DNA from: Motiliproteus sp.
GTDB lineage: Bacteria; Pseudomonadota; Gammaproteobacteria; Pseudomonadales; Balneatricaceae
Length of the DNA: 64,000 nt
Reading direction: 5' to 3'
Assembly (NCBI GenBank): GCA_965230185.1
Contig: OZ245995.1
Location: 1,849,583-1,913,582 of the forward strand
A program made the translations under genes and the position numbers. Shown here piece after piece: positions 62,852 through 64,000 of the stretch (position 1 is the stretch's first letter; each line of letters opens with the position of its first letter). The notes below the pieces were generated by a model. That model was not told the origin of the DNA and did no database searches. It was given only the letters and a program-made list of their open reading frames with translations.

Positions 62852-63445
62852 GTGGTGAAAAAGGTGGAGCTTAAACAGCTGGTGGCCGATGCCAGGGCCT
62901 GCCGGCTCTGTGAAGCGGTGTTGCCGAAGGGGCCCCGACCGGTGTTTCAGGCGCAGCGATCGGCTCGGATTCTGGTGGCCGGTCAGGCGCCGGGACGTAA
63001 GGTCCATGAAACCGGCATTCCCTTTAACGACCCCAGCGGTGATCGTCTGCGTGGCTGGATGGGGATTGATCGGGACACATTCTATGATCCGGAACGGATT
63101 GCGATCCTGCCGATGGGATTCTGTTACCCCGGTACCGGCCGTTCCGGCGACCTGCCGCCGCGGCCGGAATGTGCGCAGACCTGGCGGCAGGCCTTTCTCG
63201 AGGCATTGCCGGATATCCGGCTGGCGCTGATCATCGGCCGTTACGCCCAGCTCTGGCATCTGGGAGAGGGCAACCGTAAGACACTGACCGAAACGGTCAG
63301 GGCCTGGCAGGAGTTTCAGCCGACCCGGATTCCGCTACCGCACCCGAGCCCCCGAAATAATCGCTGGCTGCGCAACAACCCCTGGTTCGAGACGGAGCTG
63401 GTGCCTCACCTGCAGCAGCAGGTGCGCACGGTCTTGCAACAGTGA
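62852..63445 (+). CDS. Uracil-DNA glycosylase superfamily protein
   Basis: This 197-aa ORF has motif A-like GQAPG and motif B-like HPSPRN, plus CRLC near the N-terminus. It starts at GTG. Confidence 0.75.
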   Translation: MVKKVELKQLVADARACRLCEAVLPKGPRPVFQAQRSARILVAGQAPGRKVHETGIPFNDPSGDRLRGWMGIDRDTFYDPERIAILPMGFCYPGTGRSGDLPPRPECAQTWRQAFLEALPDIRLALIIGRYAQLWHLGEGNRKTLTETVRAWQEFQPTRIPLPHPSPRNNRWLRNNPWFETELVPHLQQQVRTVLQQ

Positions 63446-63473
63446 CAGGGGCTGCCAGTCAGGGCCTCTGTTC

Positions 63474-64000
63474 TCAGCCGTCGGCCAGAGTGAAGCGGTT
63501 GCGTCCTTCGGCTTTCGACCGGTACAGGGCCTGGTCGGCCTGCTGTAACCATTGCTGCACGGAGTGGGTGCCTTTATGGCAGGCTGCGATGCCCAGGCTG
63601 ACGGTGCAGCTGATCTCCTGGCCATCGAACTCAATAGTCAGCTGCTCAATGCGCTTACGTAGTCGCTCGGCGAAATAGGTAGCCTGGGCGGTGTCGGTGC
63701 TGACCAGCACGACACCGAACTCCTCACCGCCATAGCGGCCGGTGAGGTCGGTGGTGCGGGCGGTCTTCTGCAGACATTCCGCCACCCGCCGAATGACTTC
63801 ATCGCCGGCCTGGTGGCCGAAGGTGTCGTTAACCCGCTTAAAATGATCGATGTCGAACATTACCAGGGTAGCGGTGACGCCGGTGCGGCGGAAACGTTCG
63901 AATTCAGTGCTGAGCTGTTCTTCCCAGTGCCCTCTGTTAGTCAGTCCACTGAGGCGGTCGGTTCGGCTGAGGTTTTCCAGCTCGCCGTTCAGCCGGTTCA
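63474..64000 (-). CDS. GGDEF-domain diguanylate cyclase, C-terminal part (gene continues beyond the window)
   Basis: The frame stays open upstream of the listed Met and reads ...DRLSGLTNRGHWEE...LVMFDIDHFKRVNDTFGH...RYGGEEFGVVL. Confidence 0.85.
   Translation of the reverse strand, partial: NRLNGELENLSRTDRLSGLTNRGHWEEQLSTEFERFRRTGVTATLVMFDIDHFKRVNDTFGHQAGDEVIRRVAECLQKTARTTDLTGRYGGEEFGVVLVSTDTAQATYFAERLRKRIEQLTIEFDGQEISCTVSLGIAACHKGTHSVQQWLQQADQALYRSKAEGRNRFTLADG

Overview
This is a 64-kb chromosomal window, GC-rich by eye (roughly 60%) with clearly lower-GC patches. The gene content (AspC, Xni, Ggt, MksFEB, a tRNA-Asn/Pro/Asn cluster, REP-type repeat arrays) suggests a gammaproteobacterium, but that is inference. 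All product calls come from motif and family recognition in the supplied translations; no database search was possible.

Layout, in window order:
1. 0.4-6.9 kb: a low-GC, translationally coupled operon on the minus strand encoding glutamate-mutase-like GlmS/GlmE/GlmL homologues plus a stand-alone adenylating enzyme. It sits next to an RraA-family gene and an AspC-type aminotransferase.
2. 7.2-15.7 kb: regulators (one LysR, two MocR/GntR-aminotransferase fusions), three GNAT acetyltransferases, a LysE exporter, a Prx5-type peroxiredoxin and an ABM-domain protein.
3. 16.1-24.7 kb: the accessory region. It holds a 763-aa protein with a GIY-YIG-like N-terminus and a long Ala/Glu/Gln-rich tail. This is followed by four near-identical copies of an 86-aa gene.
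4. 24.7-33.8 kb: a TetR/DMT/TsaA-like operon with two palindromic operators, a PotADBC-like ABC importer and a methylmalonate-semialdehyde-dehydrogenase-type ALDH.
5. 33.9-34.4 kb and 53.8-54.8 kb: two tandem arrays of a 90-91-bp REP-like unit.
6. 34.4-46.3 kb: MarC, a wHTH regulator, an MFS transporter, a minus-strand run of GAF-wHTH / truncated haemoglobin / membrane polyferredoxin / Cache-PAS-GGDEF, then Ggt, a GMC oxidoreductase and a SpeE-like methyltransferase.
7. 46.4-53.7 kb: the tRNA cluster, xni, and mksF-mksE-mksB with no mksG/jetD.
8. 55.3-64.0 kb: a cystathionine lyase/synthase-family enzyme, small hypotheticals, a DUF3365-type histidine kinase, a Cpx-like module (LTxxQ protein divergent from an OmpR-type regulator and kinase), a UDG-family protein and a partial GGDEF gene.

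Most interesting signal: the four-copy peptide array.
- The encoded peptide has a double-glycine-type leader and a hyper-cationic Arg/His/Trp/Tyr/Thr-rich core.
- Each copy has its own near-consensus sigma-54 (-24/-12) promoter, a Shine-Dalgarno site and an intrinsic terminator.
- Three copies form a ~1.45-kb tandem repeat. Two of its spacers carry a 493-bp MITE-like element, and one spacer is interrupted by a 1.7-kb IS element.
- No exporter, immunity gene, maturase or sigma-54 activator is present in the window.
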